DNA of 64,000 nucleotides from assembly GCA_965237415.1 (NCBI GenBank), contig CBDEFM010000002.1:1280001-1344000 (forward strand), read 5' to 3'. How positions within the stretch are numbered: position 1 is the first letter of the stretch; every line of letters begins with the position of its first letter. This DNA comes from Alphaproteobacteria bacterium (GTDB lineage Bacteria; Pseudomonadota; Alphaproteobacteria; UBA828). The translations under genes were made by a program, and so were the position numbers. Positions 47,074-57,290 of the stretch are shown here, piece after piece. The notes below the pieces were generated by a model, which was given only the letters and a program-made list of their open reading frames with translations, did not search any database and was not told the origin of the DNA.

Positions 47074-48939
47074 TCATGCCTCCGAGTGGGCGCGGATCGC
47101 GTCCATGACCTCGACGATCTTGAAAGGCTTGCCGGTGACCTTGGGCAGGCTTATGGCCGGCACCAGGTAGCGGCTGCGCAGCACTGTAGTGAGCTGGCCC
47201 ATGTTCATCTCGGGCACCAGCACCTTCTCGAAGCCCGCGAGGAGGTCGCCGAGATTGCGTGGCAGCGGGCTGAGGTACCGCAGATGGATGTGCGAGACCG
47301 AGAAGCCCTCCTCCCGGCTGCGCTCGACGGCCCGGCTGATCGGCCCGTAGGTGGAGCCCCAGCCGACCACCGCGAGCGGGCCTTGCGTGGGCCCCTGATC
47401 GACCGTCTGCTCGGGGATATCGTCCGCGATGCGGGCGATCTTCTCGTGCCGCACGTTGGTCATGCGCTGATGGTTTTCGGGGTCGTAGGAGACGTTGCCC
47501 GTGGCGTAGTCCTTCTCCAGGCCGCCGATGCGGTGCTCGAGGCCGGGCGTGCCGGGCCTGACCCAAGGCCGGGCCAGCGTCTCCGGGTCTCGCTCATAGG
47601 GCTGGAAGCCATCCACCTCGGTGCGGAATGACACGGGGAAGGGCTCGAACGCGCCGACGTCGGGCAGCCGCCACGGCTCGGCCGCATTGGCGATGAAGGT
47701 GTCGCTCAGCACCACCACCGGCGTCATGTAACGCGTGGCGAGGCGCACCGCTTCGATGGCCACGTCGAAGGCTTCCGCCGACGAGCGGGCCGCGAGCACC
47801 ACCAGCGGCGCATCCGCATTGCGGCCGTAGACGGCGAGATAGAGGTCCGACTGCTCGGTCTTGGTCGGCAATCCGGTGGAGGGGCCCGCACGCTGGGAGT
47901 TCAACAGGATGAGCGGCAGCTCGGCGGTGATCGCGAGGCCGAGCGCTTCGGTCTTGAGCGCGACGCCTGGGCCGGAGCTGGAGGTGACGCCGAGGGCGCC
48001 CGCGTACGATGCGCCGATCGCGGCCCCCGCCGCGGCGATCTCGTCCTCGGCCTGGAAGGTCACCACATCGTAGGCCTTGAGCCGGGCCAGCACATGCAGC
48101 ACCGAGGAGGCGGGCGTGATCGGGTAGGAGCTGAACACGAGCTTCAGCCCGGCGAGCTTCGCCCCCGCCACGAGGCCCCAGGCCAGCGCCTCGGTCCCGG
48201 TGACGGTGCGGTAGAGGCCGGGCTGGAAGGTCGCGGGCTTGATCTCGTAGACGAGCGCGCCGTCGGGAAGCTCAGCGGTCTCGCCGAAGGCGTGCCCCGC
48301 CTTGAGGCACGCGATATTGGCCGCCGCGATGTTGGGCAGCTTCTTGAACTTGGTGTCGAGCCACTTGACGGTCACCGCGATGTCGCGATCGTAGAGCCAG
48401 TAGATCAGGCCGAGGGTCCACAGGTTTTTGGCGCGCAGCCCGTCCTTCTTGGAAACCCCGCACTCCTTGACCGACTCCAGGGTGAGCTTCGAGATGTCGA
48501 TCGCCATGATCCGGTAGCGGGAGAGGCTGTCATCGTCGAGTGGATTGGCGTCGTAGCCGGCCTTCTGCAGGTTCTTGTCGGTGAAGGTACCGGTATCTAC
48601 GATGATTTGGCCGCCCTCGCGGAGGTCGCCGACATTGACCTTGAGCGCTGCCGGATTCATGCAGACCAGTACGTCCGGCACGTCGCCCGAGGTCATCACG
48701 TTGCGCGAGCCGAAATTGATCTGGAAGGCGGAAACGCCGTAGGTGGTGCCAACCGGCGCCCTGATCTCCGCCGGGAAATCGGGGAAGGTGGTGAGGTCGT
48801 TGCCGGCGAGCGCGGCGGTCTCGGTGAAGCGACCGCCGGTCAGCTGCATGCCGTCGCCGGAATCCCCGGCGAAGCGGATCACGGCCGATTCCAGCTCCTC
48901 GCGCGGCACGTCCTCAAGCGTCAATGCTGCTTCTGCCAT
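47074..48939 (-). CDS. korA: 2-oxoacid:acceptor oxidoreductase alpha subunit
   Basis: AGDSGDGMQL, YPITPAS, QAEDEIAA, GPSTGLPTK, PEMNMGQ. Confidence 0.93.
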   Translation of the reverse strand: MAEAALTLEDVPREELESAVIRFAGDSGDGMQLTGGRFTETAALAGNDLTTFPDFPAEIRAPVGTTYGVSAFQINFGSRNVMTSGDVPDVLVCMNPAALKVNVGDLREGGQIIVDTGTFTDKNLQKAGYDANPLDDDSLSRYRIMAIDISKLTLESVKECGVSKKDGLRAKNLWTLGLIYWLYDRDIAVTVKWLDTKFKKLPNIAAANIACLKAGHAFGETAELPDGALVYEIKPATFQPGLYRTVTGTEALAWGLVAGAKLAGLKLVFSSYPITPASSVLHVLARLKAYDVVTFQAEDEIAAAGAAIGASYAGALGVTSSSGPGVALKTEALGLAITAELPLILLNSQRAGPSTGLPTKTEQSDLYLAVYGRNADAPLVVLAARSSAEAFDVAIEAVRLATRYMTPVVVLSDTFIANAAEPWRLPDVGAFEPFPVSFRTEVDGFQPYERDPETLARPWVRPGTPGLEHRIGGLEKDYATGNVSYDPENHQRMTNVRHEKIARIADDIPEQTVDQGPTQGPLAVVGWGSTYGPISRAVERSREEGFSVSHIHLRYLSPLPRNLGDLLAGFEKVLVPEMNMGQLTTVLRSRYLVPAISLPKVTGKPFKIVEVMDAIRAHSEA

Positions 48940-49127
48940 AGCCCTGTCATTCTTCGTGAAGCCCGGACGAGCCGGTGAGATTCACTTACTCCCACAGGCC
49001 CCCGATGTCTAGTGGTCCGACCTTTTGGTTATGGTTCGAGCCGAGATTTCAGCGATATCCCGACGCGGAATCGGCTCTGCGCAAGTCTCGCGCCCCTCAC
49101 CCGGCCTGCGGGCGGGGCGAGCAAGGG

Positions 49128-50450
49128 TCAGCCGGCGGCCCGCTGCTCGTTCAGGACGGCGAGAAAATCCTCACGCCGGTAGAGCTTCCGGCGCGGCGCG
49201 CCTTCCGCGGCGGCGGCGATCTCCGCCGCCTCGATCTGCCGCCAGTCGTCGAGATCGACCCAGCGGCGCCCGCGCGCGCGCAGCAGCGCCTCCAGCCCCT
49301 CCCGGCCCGGCTTGCCGCCGCCCGCCCCCAGATCGTCGAGAATCTGCTGGGCGGCGTCCCTGCCGTCCGGCTTGTTGGTGCCGATGACCCCGGTGGGGCC
49401 GCGCTTGATCCAGCCGACCGCGTAGAGGCCGGGCCCGACCCGGCCCGCGTCGTTCACGACGACGCCCTGCTTGTGGTCGAAGGGTGCGCCGTCCACGGGC
49501 ATGGAGAGGTAGCCCACGGCGGCGACCACCAGGCCGCAGGCGATCTCAAAGTGCTCGCCGGTGCCGACGGCGCGTCCGTTCTCGACCCGCGTGCGCTCGA
49601 AGCGGATCGCTTCCACGCGCGTATCGCCGAGGATCTCGACCGGGCTCGCGAAGAACACGAAGTGCACCCGTTTCGGCTTCTCGTCGGCCTCGCGCTCCGC
49701 AAAGGTGCGAAGGGTCTGCAAATTCTTCTCGCGGACGCGCCGGTCGCGATCGGACATCTCGCCGGTCGCGCTCTCCGGCAAGTCGGCTGCGGCGACCTGG
49801 GGCACGCACTGTTCGAGATGACCCATCTCGCGCAGCTCGACATTGGTGAACTTGGCTTCGACCGGGCCGCGACGTGCCACCATGTAAACATCGCCGATCG
49901 GAGCAGCATGGATGGGCTCGGCGGCGTAGTCCGGAAGGTCGGTCGCGGCCATCTCGGCCGGCGTCTTGACCAGCACGCGCGCCACGTCGATAGCGACATT
50001 GCCGGCGCCGATGATGACCACGCTCGACGTTTCGAGATCGGGGGTGCGGTCGATGAAATCGGGGTGGGCGTTGTACCAGTTGACGAAGCTCGCCGAGCCG
50101 ACGACCCCCGCCTTGTCCTCGCCCGGGATGCCCAGCTTCCGGTCGTGGGCGGCGCCGACCGCGAGCACCACGGCATCGTACATGCCGCGCAGCTCGTCGA
50201 GGGAGAGCGCGTCGCCGATATCGACATCGCCGTAGAAGTTGACGCGCTCGTTGGAGGCCGTGCGCGCGAAGCCGCGCATCACGTTCTTGGTCTTCTCGTG
50301 GTCGGGCGCGACCCCGAAGCGGATCAGCCCGTAGGGCGTCGGCAGCCGGTCGATAATGTCGATCTGGCACGCGGAGTCGGCCTTCAAGAGCGCGTCCGCC
50401 GTGTAGAAACCCGCCGGCCCGGAGCCGACGATCGCGACCTTGAGCGTCAT
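49128..50450 (-). CDS. Ferredoxin--NADP+ reductase (adrenodoxin reductase/FprA type)
   Basis: GSGPAGFY, PYGLIRFGVAPDH, GNVAIDVAR, GWIKRGPTGVIGTN. Confidence 0.92.
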   Translation of the reverse strand: MTLKVAIVGSGPAGFYTADALLKADSACQIDIIDRLPTPYGLIRFGVAPDHEKTKNVMRGFARTASNERVNFYGDVDIGDALSLDELRGMYDAVVLAVGAAHDRKLGIPGEDKAGVVGSASFVNWYNAHPDFIDRTPDLETSSVVIIGAGNVAIDVARVLVKTPAEMAATDLPDYAAEPIHAAPIGDVYMVARRGPVEAKFTNVELREMGHLEQCVPQVAAADLPESATGEMSDRDRRVREKNLQTLRTFAEREADEKPKRVHFVFFASPVEILGDTRVEAIRFERTRVENGRAVGTGEHFEIACGLVVAAVGYLSMPVDGAPFDHKQGVVVNDAGRVGPGLYAVGWIKRGPTGVIGTNKPDGRDAAQQILDDLGAGGGKPGREGLEALLRARGRRWVDLDDWRQIEAAEIAAAAEGAPRRKLYRREDFLAVLNEQRAAG

Positions 50451-50620
50451 GTCCCCCCTCGTCTCGTCGGCGCGCACTATGCCAGCGATGAGGGGGAGTT
50501 TGAATGGTTTTCCGCATGGCTTCAGACCCAAGCGGCATACCGCTTTATCCGAGCCTCTTCCCTGTTCGGGCGCGCCGGCGCACCATAGGATTGCAGCGGG
50601 CCGTCAGGGGAGCGAACGCC

Positions 50621-51109
50621 GTGTCATACGCCGTCATACGTCGCCGGCCGGCGGCACGAGGCGGAGCCGAAACGGACGGCGCCACGCCGTTCGTGATCGA
50701 GGAGAGCACTGCCCACCTCGTCTCGCTCGCCTCACGCCTCTTCACCCGCGCGTTGCAGGAGCGGCTGGGCCGTTACGGAGTCTCGGTCGCGCAGTGGTCG
50801 ATGCTGCTGCTGCTCTGGGAGGAGGAGAGCCTCACCCAGAAGGAGCTGAGCCGCCGCCAGCAGATCGAGGAGCCGACCGCGACGCGCACGCTGCAGCGTA
50901 TGGAGCGCGACGGGCTGATCCGGCGCTTGCAGGACCGGGAGGACAACCGCAGGCGCCGCGTGATACTGACGGAGCGGGGGCGCGAGCTCTGCAGCGAACT
51001 GGTGCCCGCCGCACTGGAGGTCGACGCGCTCGCGACCCACGGCCTCTCCGACGATGAGAAGAAGCGCCTCGTCAGCCTGCTCGGCTACGTCGTGGCCCGG
51101 CTGGGCTAA
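50621..51109 (+). CDS. MarR family transcriptional regulator
   Basis: QW..L..L, LTQKELS, MERDGLI.R..D.ED.R...V.LTERG; start uncertain. Confidence 0.88.
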   Translation: MSYAVIRRRPAARGGAETDGATPFVIEESTAHLVSLASRLFTRALQERLGRYGVSVAQWSMLLLLWEEESLTQKELSRRQQIEEPTATRTLQRMERDGLIRRLQDREDNRRRRVILTERGRELCSELVPAALEVDALATHGLSDDEKKRLVSLLGYVVARLG

Positions 51110-51140
51110 GCAGCAGCCGGGCGGCAGCGCCCCCGGGGCG

Positions 51141-54100
51141 TCAGTCGAGCCCCGGAACCGTGAAGATCTGGCCCGGATAGATCAGCGCCGGATCCCCGAT
51201 CTGGCTGCGATTGGCCTCGTAGATCTCGGTGAAGTGTATGCCGCCGCCGAGGGTGCGCCGGGCGATGCGCCAGAGGCTGTTGCCGGGCTGCACCACCACG
51301 ATGGCATCGCCCAACATGAGCAGCTCGGGCCGGGCCCGGACCAGGGGGGTCTCGATGCGGGCGAGAACCACGCCGGCGGGATCGACCTGATCGACCCGGA
51401 GGGTGTAGGAGCCCGGCTCCACGTCCGCCTCGGGCTCGACTTGCCAGTCGCCTTCCTCGGTGGTCTCGACGGTCGCCACGTGCTCGTCGTCGATATAGAC
51501 GTTCAGGTCTGTCTCGGGCTCGCCCTTGCCGGTGAAGGTCAGGTCGCCCTTGTCGTCGTAGTCCACCGAGCCCAGGACGATCGGGCCCTCATCCTCGGCT
51601 TCCGGCGGTGCTGCGGACGCCACCTGATCTTCGTCGGGCGACGCGCCGGTCCCGGTCTCAAGGGCGGCGACGGCCGTTTCCTTGTCAGCCGTGTCGGGCG
51701 TGTCGGCGGTGTCGGCGGTGTCAGGCGTGTCGGCCGCGTCGGGAGTATCGGCACCTGCCTCATCCTGGATGGCATCGTCCCGACTGGCCACGTCGAGCGC
51801 CTCATCCCTGGCTTCCGGCTTCTGCAAAACGGTGCTCTTCCCCTCGCCTTCGCGCGGCACCAGCACGGCGAGCACCGATCCCCCGTCCTCGTCGGGATCG
51901 GGGACGGAGACAACGAGCACATGCTCGGATTCCACCTGTGTGCCGTCCGGCAGGGTCGCGATCGCCCAGAGCTCATGATCGCCGGGAGGAATGGCGATAT
52001 ACGGCACGAGCGTCCATTCACCGCGCCGGTCGGCGGTCTCCCAGCCGAGGTCGATCGATGCGCTGCGCACTGTGACCTTGGCCCCGGGCTCGGCGCGGCC
52101 GGCGATCACCGCCCAGCCATCCGGGGTAATCCGCACCGTATCGAAGCTCGGCGGCGTTACCGCCGGCTCCTCGGCGGTCGTCGGCTCCTGCTCGACACCC
52201 GTCGCGTCAGGCGTCTCCCGCATCTCTTCCGCCGCCCCGTCGGGAACGACCCGCGCCTCGATGATGGCCTGCTCGACCGCCTCGGCTCCCTCCACAGCCG
52301 CCGTAGGCGCAGCATCGCCCGCCGCGGTCTCAGTCGCCTCATCTTCGCCAACCGCGCCTTCGGTGCCGTCGGTCACCTCCAAAGATTCGGCGTCCGTTGA
52401 CCCTCCCGCCGTGGCCACGTCAGAAGCGGCATCGTCCGCCGCAGGCGAAGTCGACACGTCCTGCGAAGCGGCCGGTTCGGCATCGTCGGGCGATCCTGCC
52501 GCGTCGGCGCTAACCGTCTCCTCGGGCGGCGGCGCTTCAGATGCAGCCGCTGCATCCTCTGCGGTGGCGGGCGCGGTGCCGTCTTCGGCCTCCGCCATGC
52601 TGTCGGCGCCGGCTGCGTCATCCGTTGCCCCTGCCTCAGGCGTAGTCGCTGCATCCTCTGCAGTGGCAACCGCGGTGCCGTCGTCGGCCTCCGCCATGGT
52701 GTCGGCGCCGGCATCGTCTTCCGCTGCCGCCACATCAGCCGAAGCCGCCACATCTTCCTCGGTAGCGGGCGCGGTGCCGTCTTCGACCTCCGCCATAGCA
52801 GCGTCGGCGCCGGCAGCGTCTTCCGATGCCCCTGCCTCAGGTGTAGACGCTGCATCCTCTGCGACGGCGGGCGCGGTGCCCTCTTCGGCCTGCGCCATGC
52901 TGTCGGCGCCGGCCTCGTCTTTCGCTACCTCCACATCAGCCAAAGCCGCCGCATCTTCTTCAGCAGCGAGCGCGGTGCCGTCGTCGGCCTCCACCATGGT
53001 GGCGGTGCCCGCCTCGTCTTCCGATGCCCCTGCCTCAGGCGTAGACGCTGCATCCTCTGCGACGGCGGGCGCGGTGCCGTCGTCGACCTGCACCATGCTG
53101 TCGGCGCCCGCCTCGTCTTCCGATGCCCCTGCCTCAGGTGTAGACGCTGCATCCTCAGCGACGGCGGGCGCGGTGCCGTCTTCGGCCTCCGCCATGGTGC
53201 CGGTGCCCGCCTCGTCTTCCGATGCCCCTGCCTCAGGCGTAGCCGCTGCATCCTCAGCGACGGCGGGCGCGGTGCCGTCGTCGGCCTCCGCCATGGTGTC
53301 GGTGCCCGCCTCGTCTTCCGTTGCGCCTGCCTCAGGCGTGGCCGCTGCATCCTCTGCGACGGCGCCCCCGCTGCCGTCTTCGACCTGCGCCATGCTGTCG
53401 GCGCCGGCATCGTCTTCCGCTGCCCCTGCCTCAGCCGAAGCCGCCGCATCTTCCTCGGTGGCGAGCGCGGTGCCGTCGTCGGCCTCCGCCATAGTGTCAG
53501 AGGCGGCCGCGTCTTCCGCTGGCTCCACATCGGCCGAAGCCGCCGCATCTTCTTCGGTAGCGGGCGCGGAGCCGTCGTCGGCCTCCGCCATGGTGTCGGT
53601 GCCCGCCTCGTCTTCCGATGCCCCTGCCTCAGGCGTAGCCGCTGCATCCTCTGCGACGGCGGGCGAGGTGCCCTCTTCGGCCTGCGCCATGCTGTCGGTG
53701 CCCGCCTCGTCTTCCGCTACCTCCACATCAGCCGAAGCCGCTGCATCCTCCTCGGTGGCGAGCGCGGTGCCGTCGTCGGCCTCCGCCATGGTGTCGGCGC
53801 CGGCATCGTCTTCCACTACATCCACATCAGCCGAAGCCGCCGCATCTTCCTCGGTGGCGAGCGCGGTGCCGTCGTCGGCCTCCGCCATAGCGTCGGCACC
53901 GGCATCGTCTTCCGTTGCGCCTGCCCCAGGCGTGGCCGCTGCATCCTCCGCGGCAACGGGCCCGGTGTCGTCGTCGACCTCCGCCATAGCGTCGGCGCCG
54001 GTATCGTCTTCCGATGCCTCTGCCTCAGGCGTAGTCGCTGCATCCTCTGCAGTGGCAACCGCGGTGCCGTCGTCGGCCTCCGCCATCGTGTCGGTGCCCG

Positions 54101-55328
54101 CCTCGTCTTCCGATGCCCCTGCCTCAGGCGTGGCCCCTGCATCGTCCCCGGTGGCCGGCGCGGTGCCGTCTTCGGCCTCCGCCATAGCGTCGGCGCCGGC
54201 ATCGTCTTCCGTTGCCTCCACATCAGCCGAAGCCGCCGCATCCTCCTCGGTAGCGGGCGCAGTGCCGTCGTCGGCCTCCGCCATCGTGTCGATGCCCGCC
54301 TCGCCTTCCGCTACCTCCACGTCAGCCGAAGCCGCTACATCCTCTGCAGTAGCGCCCGCGGTGCCGTCGTCGGCCTCCGCCATCGTGTCGGCGCCGGCAT
54401 CGTCTTCCGATGCCCCTGCCTCAGGTGTAGACGCTGCATCCTCTGCGACGGCGGGCGCGGTGCCCTCTTCGGCCTGTGCCATGCTGTCGGCGCCGGCCTC
54501 ATCGTCTGCTGGCTCCACATCAGCCGAAGCCGCCGCTCCTTCCTCATCAGCGGGCGCGGTGCCGTCTTCGGCCTCCGCCATGGTGTCGGCGTCTGCAGCG
54601 CTTTCCGCTGTCCCCTCTTCAGGCGCCGCCGCCATGTCTTGCGTGGCACTGGGCTCGGTACCGTCATCAGTCGTCGTGGCGGCGTCGGTACCGGCGGCGT
54701 CTCCCGCCGCTGCGACCGTAGGCGCGGTGTCGTCCGCTGCAGCTGCCGCCATATCCTGCTCGGCGGAGGCGTCGGCGGTCGGCTCAACGGCGTCGACACC
54801 AGTTGGCTCGCCCTCCGTTGCCGTAGCCTGCCCGGCTGTGTCTTCCTCCCGCGCGACGGCATCGATGTCGCCACTCGGCGGGTCAGCCGGTGTCGGCGTC
54901 GCGTCAGCCGTCTCGACAGCGTCATCCGCCGCCGGCTTCTCGGGCGCCGCCGGAGCAGTCCCGGCCGTTTCCTCGTCCCCCTGCGGGCCGGCACCGATGT
55001 CGCCGCCTGGAATGTCGGCCGGCACCGGCGTCGCTTCGGCCGTCTCTTCAGACGCAGGCGCAGCCGGGGCGGACGCGCCTGTATCGGCGGTTTCAGGCGC
55101 CGCCTCGTCGCCCGGCGAGACGCTGTCCGCGGCGCTGTCGGCCGTGCGGTCGGCGATGTCGACGGACTGCCCCGACGATCCGTCCGGCTCCGGCCCGCCC
55201 GTCAGGAACACGCCGAGCAGAACGCCGACGACCACGACGGCGACGCCGGCCGGAGCCGCGATGCGGAGCGTCTCTCTCCGCTTCAACACGTCGGCCACGC
55301 GACGGGTGAGGTTTCCGGTCTCGCTCAC
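51141..55328 (-). CDS. Membrane-anchored LysM peptidoglycan-binding protein with Ig-like domains and a long acidic repeat
   Basis: N-terminal TM; PSFDTVRI.PDG..VIAGRA.PG; C-terminal VVQPGNSLWRIA...IYEAN..QI..P.LIYPGQ LysM. Confidence 0.88.
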   Translation of the reverse strand: MSETGNLTRRVADVLKRRETLRIAAPAGVAVVVVGVLLGVFLTGGPEPDGSSGQSVDIADRTADSAADSVSPGDEAAPETADTGASAPAAPASEETAEATPVPADIPGGDIGAGPQGDEETAGTAPAAPEKPAADDAVETADATPTPADPPSGDIDAVAREEDTAGQATATEGEPTGVDAVEPTADASAEQDMAAAAADDTAPTVAAAGDAAGTDAATTTDDGTEPSATQDMAAAPEEGTAESAADADTMAEAEDGTAPADEEGAAASADVEPADDEAGADSMAQAEEGTAPAVAEDAASTPEAGASEDDAGADTMAEADDGTAGATAEDVAASADVEVAEGEAGIDTMAEADDGTAPATEEDAAASADVEATEDDAGADAMAEAEDGTAPATGDDAGATPEAGASEDEAGTDTMAEADDGTAVATAEDAATTPEAEASEDDTGADAMAEVDDDTGPVAAEDAAATPGAGATEDDAGADAMAEADDGTALATEEDAAASADVDVVEDDAGADTMAEADDGTALATEEDAAASADVEVAEDEAGTDSMAQAEEGTSPAVAEDAAATPEAGASEDEAGTDTMAEADDGSAPATEEDAAASADVEPAEDAAASDTMAEADDGTALATEEDAAASAEAGAAEDDAGADSMAQVEDGSGGAVAEDAAATPEAGATEDEAGTDTMAEADDGTAPAVAEDAAATPEAGASEDEAGTGTMAEAEDGTAPAVAEDAASTPEAGASEDEAGADSMVQVDDGTAPAVAEDAASTPEAGASEDEAGTATMVEADDGTALAAEEDAAALADVEVAKDEAGADSMAQAEEGTAPAVAEDAASTPEAGASEDAAGADAAMAEVEDGTAPATEEDVAASADVAAAEDDAGADTMAEADDGTAVATAEDAATTPEAGATDDAAGADSMAEAEDGTAPATAEDAAAASEAPPPEETVSADAAGSPDDAEPAASQDVSTSPAADDAASDVATAGGSTDAESLEVTDGTEGAVGEDEATETAAGDAAPTAAVEGAEAVEQAIIEARVVPDGAAEEMRETPDATGVEQEPTTAEEPAVTPPSFDTVRITPDGWAVIAGRAEPGAKVTVRSASIDLGWETADRRGEWTLVPYIAIPPGDHELWAIATLPDGTQVESEHVLVVSVPDPDEDGGSVLAVLVPREGEGKSTVLQKPEARDEALDVASRDDAIQDEAGADTPDAADTPDTADTADTPDTADKETAVAALETGTGASPDEDQVASAAPPEAEDEGPIVLGSVDYDDKGDLTFTGKGEPETDLNVYIDDEHVATVETTEEGDWQVEPEADVEPGSYTLRVDQVDPAGVVLARIETPLVRARPELLMLGDAIVVVQPGNSLWRIARRTLGGGIHFTEIYEANRSQIGDPALIYPGQIFTVPGLD
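52520..54600 (-). repeat. Coding tandem repeat, about 21 x 99 bp (33 aa)
   Basis: Consensus AGADTMAEADDGTAPA.EEDAA.(SADVEVAEDE or TPEAGASEDE); gccat anchors recur every 99 bp. Confidence 0.93.
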
Positions 55329-55411
55329 TGGATACGCCTAGCAAATATGGGAGGCGTCACGATACACGAGTCGGCCGAGGCGCGACAGCGCACCCGGTTA
55401 GCCGATAACTC

Positions 55412-56389
55412 TCACCAGTCGCTGCCCGATGAGAACGCCGGGGGTGGCGACGGAGCCGTGCTCACCGGGTTGCGGATCGCGGGCAGCGCCTTGAGATAGG
55501 CGGCCATGGCCTCCAAATCGTCCTGGGTCAGGTGGCGCAGCCCGTCGTCGATGGCTTCGCGCATTTCACCCTGCACATCGTCGCCATAGGGCGTGAAGCC
55601 CGTGCGCAGGAAGAACGTCAGATCGACCTCCGACCACGATCCGATGCCGGTCTCGGTATCGGGGGTGATGTTGGGGACAGTGAGCCCGCCGGGCCCGTAG
55701 CGGGAGCCGGCCAGGTGCGGGCCGCGCTTCAGCGACCCCAGCATGTTGCGCGGGGTGTGGCACTCGGCGCAGTGCCCCAGGGTCTCGACGAGATAGCGGC
55801 CGCGCGCCAGGCGCTCGTCCTCAGCGGGATCGGCAGCATCAGGCTCGCGATCGAAGAAAAGCCAGCGCCAGGGGTGGAGAAATAGACGCACGCTGAACGG
55901 GAAGCGCAGCTCGTGCGGCTTGTTGAGGGCGGCGACCGGCTCCACCGTGTCGAGATAGGCCTTGAGGTCGAGCATGTCCTCGCGCCGCATGCCGGTGTAG
56001 GCGGTGTAGGGGAACGCGGGATAGTAGGTGCTGCCCGTGGGCGACTTGCCGTCGCGGAGCGCACGGATGAAGTCCGCGTCGGACCAGCCGCCGATGCCTG
56101 TCTCCGGGTCCGGGGTGATGTTGGGCACGGCGATTGCCCCCCAGGGCGAGGACAGCATCCGCCCGCCGGCGAGGAACGCTCCGCCATTGGCGACGTCCGT
56201 GTGGCAGGTGGCGCAGCCCGCCGCGCGCAGGATGTAGGCGCCGCGCGCCGCCGGGTCCGGACTCGCCGGATCGGGTTCCAGGGCGGGTGCCGCACGAGGG
56301 ACCATGGCGCTTGCCTGCAGTGCGAGGATCAGCGCACAGGCGCCGATTGCGATACGAAGTCCGTCGAGCCGCGCCATCGAATCCCGCAA
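55412..56389 (-). CDS. Diheme cytochrome c
   Basis: CATCH and CAECH, PNITPD.ETGIG.WS twice, signal peptide. Confidence 0.9.
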   Translation of the reverse strand: MRDSMARLDGLRIAIGACALILALQASAMVPRAAPALEPDPASPDPAARGAYILRAAGCATCHTDVANGGAFLAGGRMLSSPWGAIAVPNITPDPETGIGGWSDADFIRALRDGKSPTGSTYYPAFPYTAYTGMRREDMLDLKAYLDTVEPVAALNKPHELRFPFSVRLFLHPWRWLFFDREPDAADPAEDERLARGRYLVETLGHCAECHTPRNMLGSLKRGPHLAGSRYGPGGLTVPNITPDTETGIGSWSEVDLTFFLRTGFTPYGDDVQGEMREAIDDGLRHLTQDDLEAMAAYLKALPAIRNPVSTAPSPPPAFSSGSDW

Positions 56390-56549
56390 TCGATCCTACC
56401 GTCGGTACCGGGGATGGGTCAGAAATAGTCCGATTTGCGCGCAATGCAACCGACGACCTGTCTGACGGTGCGGCTGGCGGCCTGTGGCTGACTCTGCTAC
56501 AGAGCAGCGCTCCCAAGCGGTCAAGAATGTGGTCAGGATCGGATCGGCG

Positions 56550-57104
56550 ATGGCGGCGGTCGCGTCTCTCTGCGTCTTTTGCGGTTCCCAAACGGGCGAA
56601 AACCCGGCGCACGCCGAGGCCGCCCGCAGCCTGGGTTCAGGCCTGGCCCGGCGCGGAATCACCCTCATTTACGGTGCCGGCGGAATCGGCCTGATGAGCG
56701 TGCTCGCCGATGCGGTGCTGGCGGGCGGCGGCACGGTCGTCGGTGTGATCCCCGAGCATCTGGAACGCCTCGAGGTGGCGCACCCCGAGCTGACGGAGAC
56801 GGTGGTCACCCGGGACATGCACTCCCGGAAGCGCGCAATGTTCGACCGCGCCGACGGGTTCGTCGTCCTGCCCGGCGGCTTCGGCAGCCTCGACGAGTTC
56901 TTCGAGGTGCTCACCTGGAAGCAGCTCGGGCTCCACGACAAGCCGGTGGTCGTTCTCGACAGCGAGGGTTTTTGGGGACCGCTGCTCGACCTGCTCGACC
57001 ATGTGAGCGCCGAGGGGTTCGCGCCGGCGGCCACGAGCGGCCTCGCCACGGTGGTGCGGTCCACGGATGAGCTGTTCCGCGTCCTCGACAACGGCGAGGC
57101 TTGA
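56550..57104 (+). CDS. LOG family (TIGR00730) nucleotide phosphoribohydrolase
   Basis: CVFCGS, MH.RK..M, PGGFGSLDE. Confidence 0.92.
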   Translation: MAAVASLCVFCGSQTGENPAHAEAARSLGSGLARRGITLIYGAGGIGLMSVLADAVLAGGGTVVGVIPEHLERLEVAHPELTETVVTRDMHSRKRAMFDRADGFVVLPGGFGSLDEFFEVLTWKQLGLHDKPVVVLDSEGFWGPLLDLLDHVSAEGFAPAATSGLATVVRSTDELFRVLDNGEA

Positions 57105-57188
57105 GCGGGCACCGGGACCGCCCTACGCACCGCCGCTGACCCTTTGATGCCGCGGCCGGGACGGCCTTCGGCTCGCCCGGCCGACACC

Positions 57189-57216
57189 TTGACCGGTAGG
57201 ACCGCCCTGCTAAGGT
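57189..57216 (+). promoter_or_regulatory. Candidate sigma70 promoter of icd
   Basis: TTGACC-N16-TAAGGT about 75 nt upstream of the start. Confidence 0.4.
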
Positions 57217-57290
57217 GCGCGCGGTCCCGCCGGCCGCCCTATTCTGTCTCCCGGGGTCTTTGTCCATAACGCATTCCTGGAGAGCTTCGG

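Noticed and set aside
51991-55341. 1116-aa Ser/Ala-rich plus-strand ORF
   Set aside because: Antisense mirror of the LysM repeat region; the minus strand has the TM and LysM domains.
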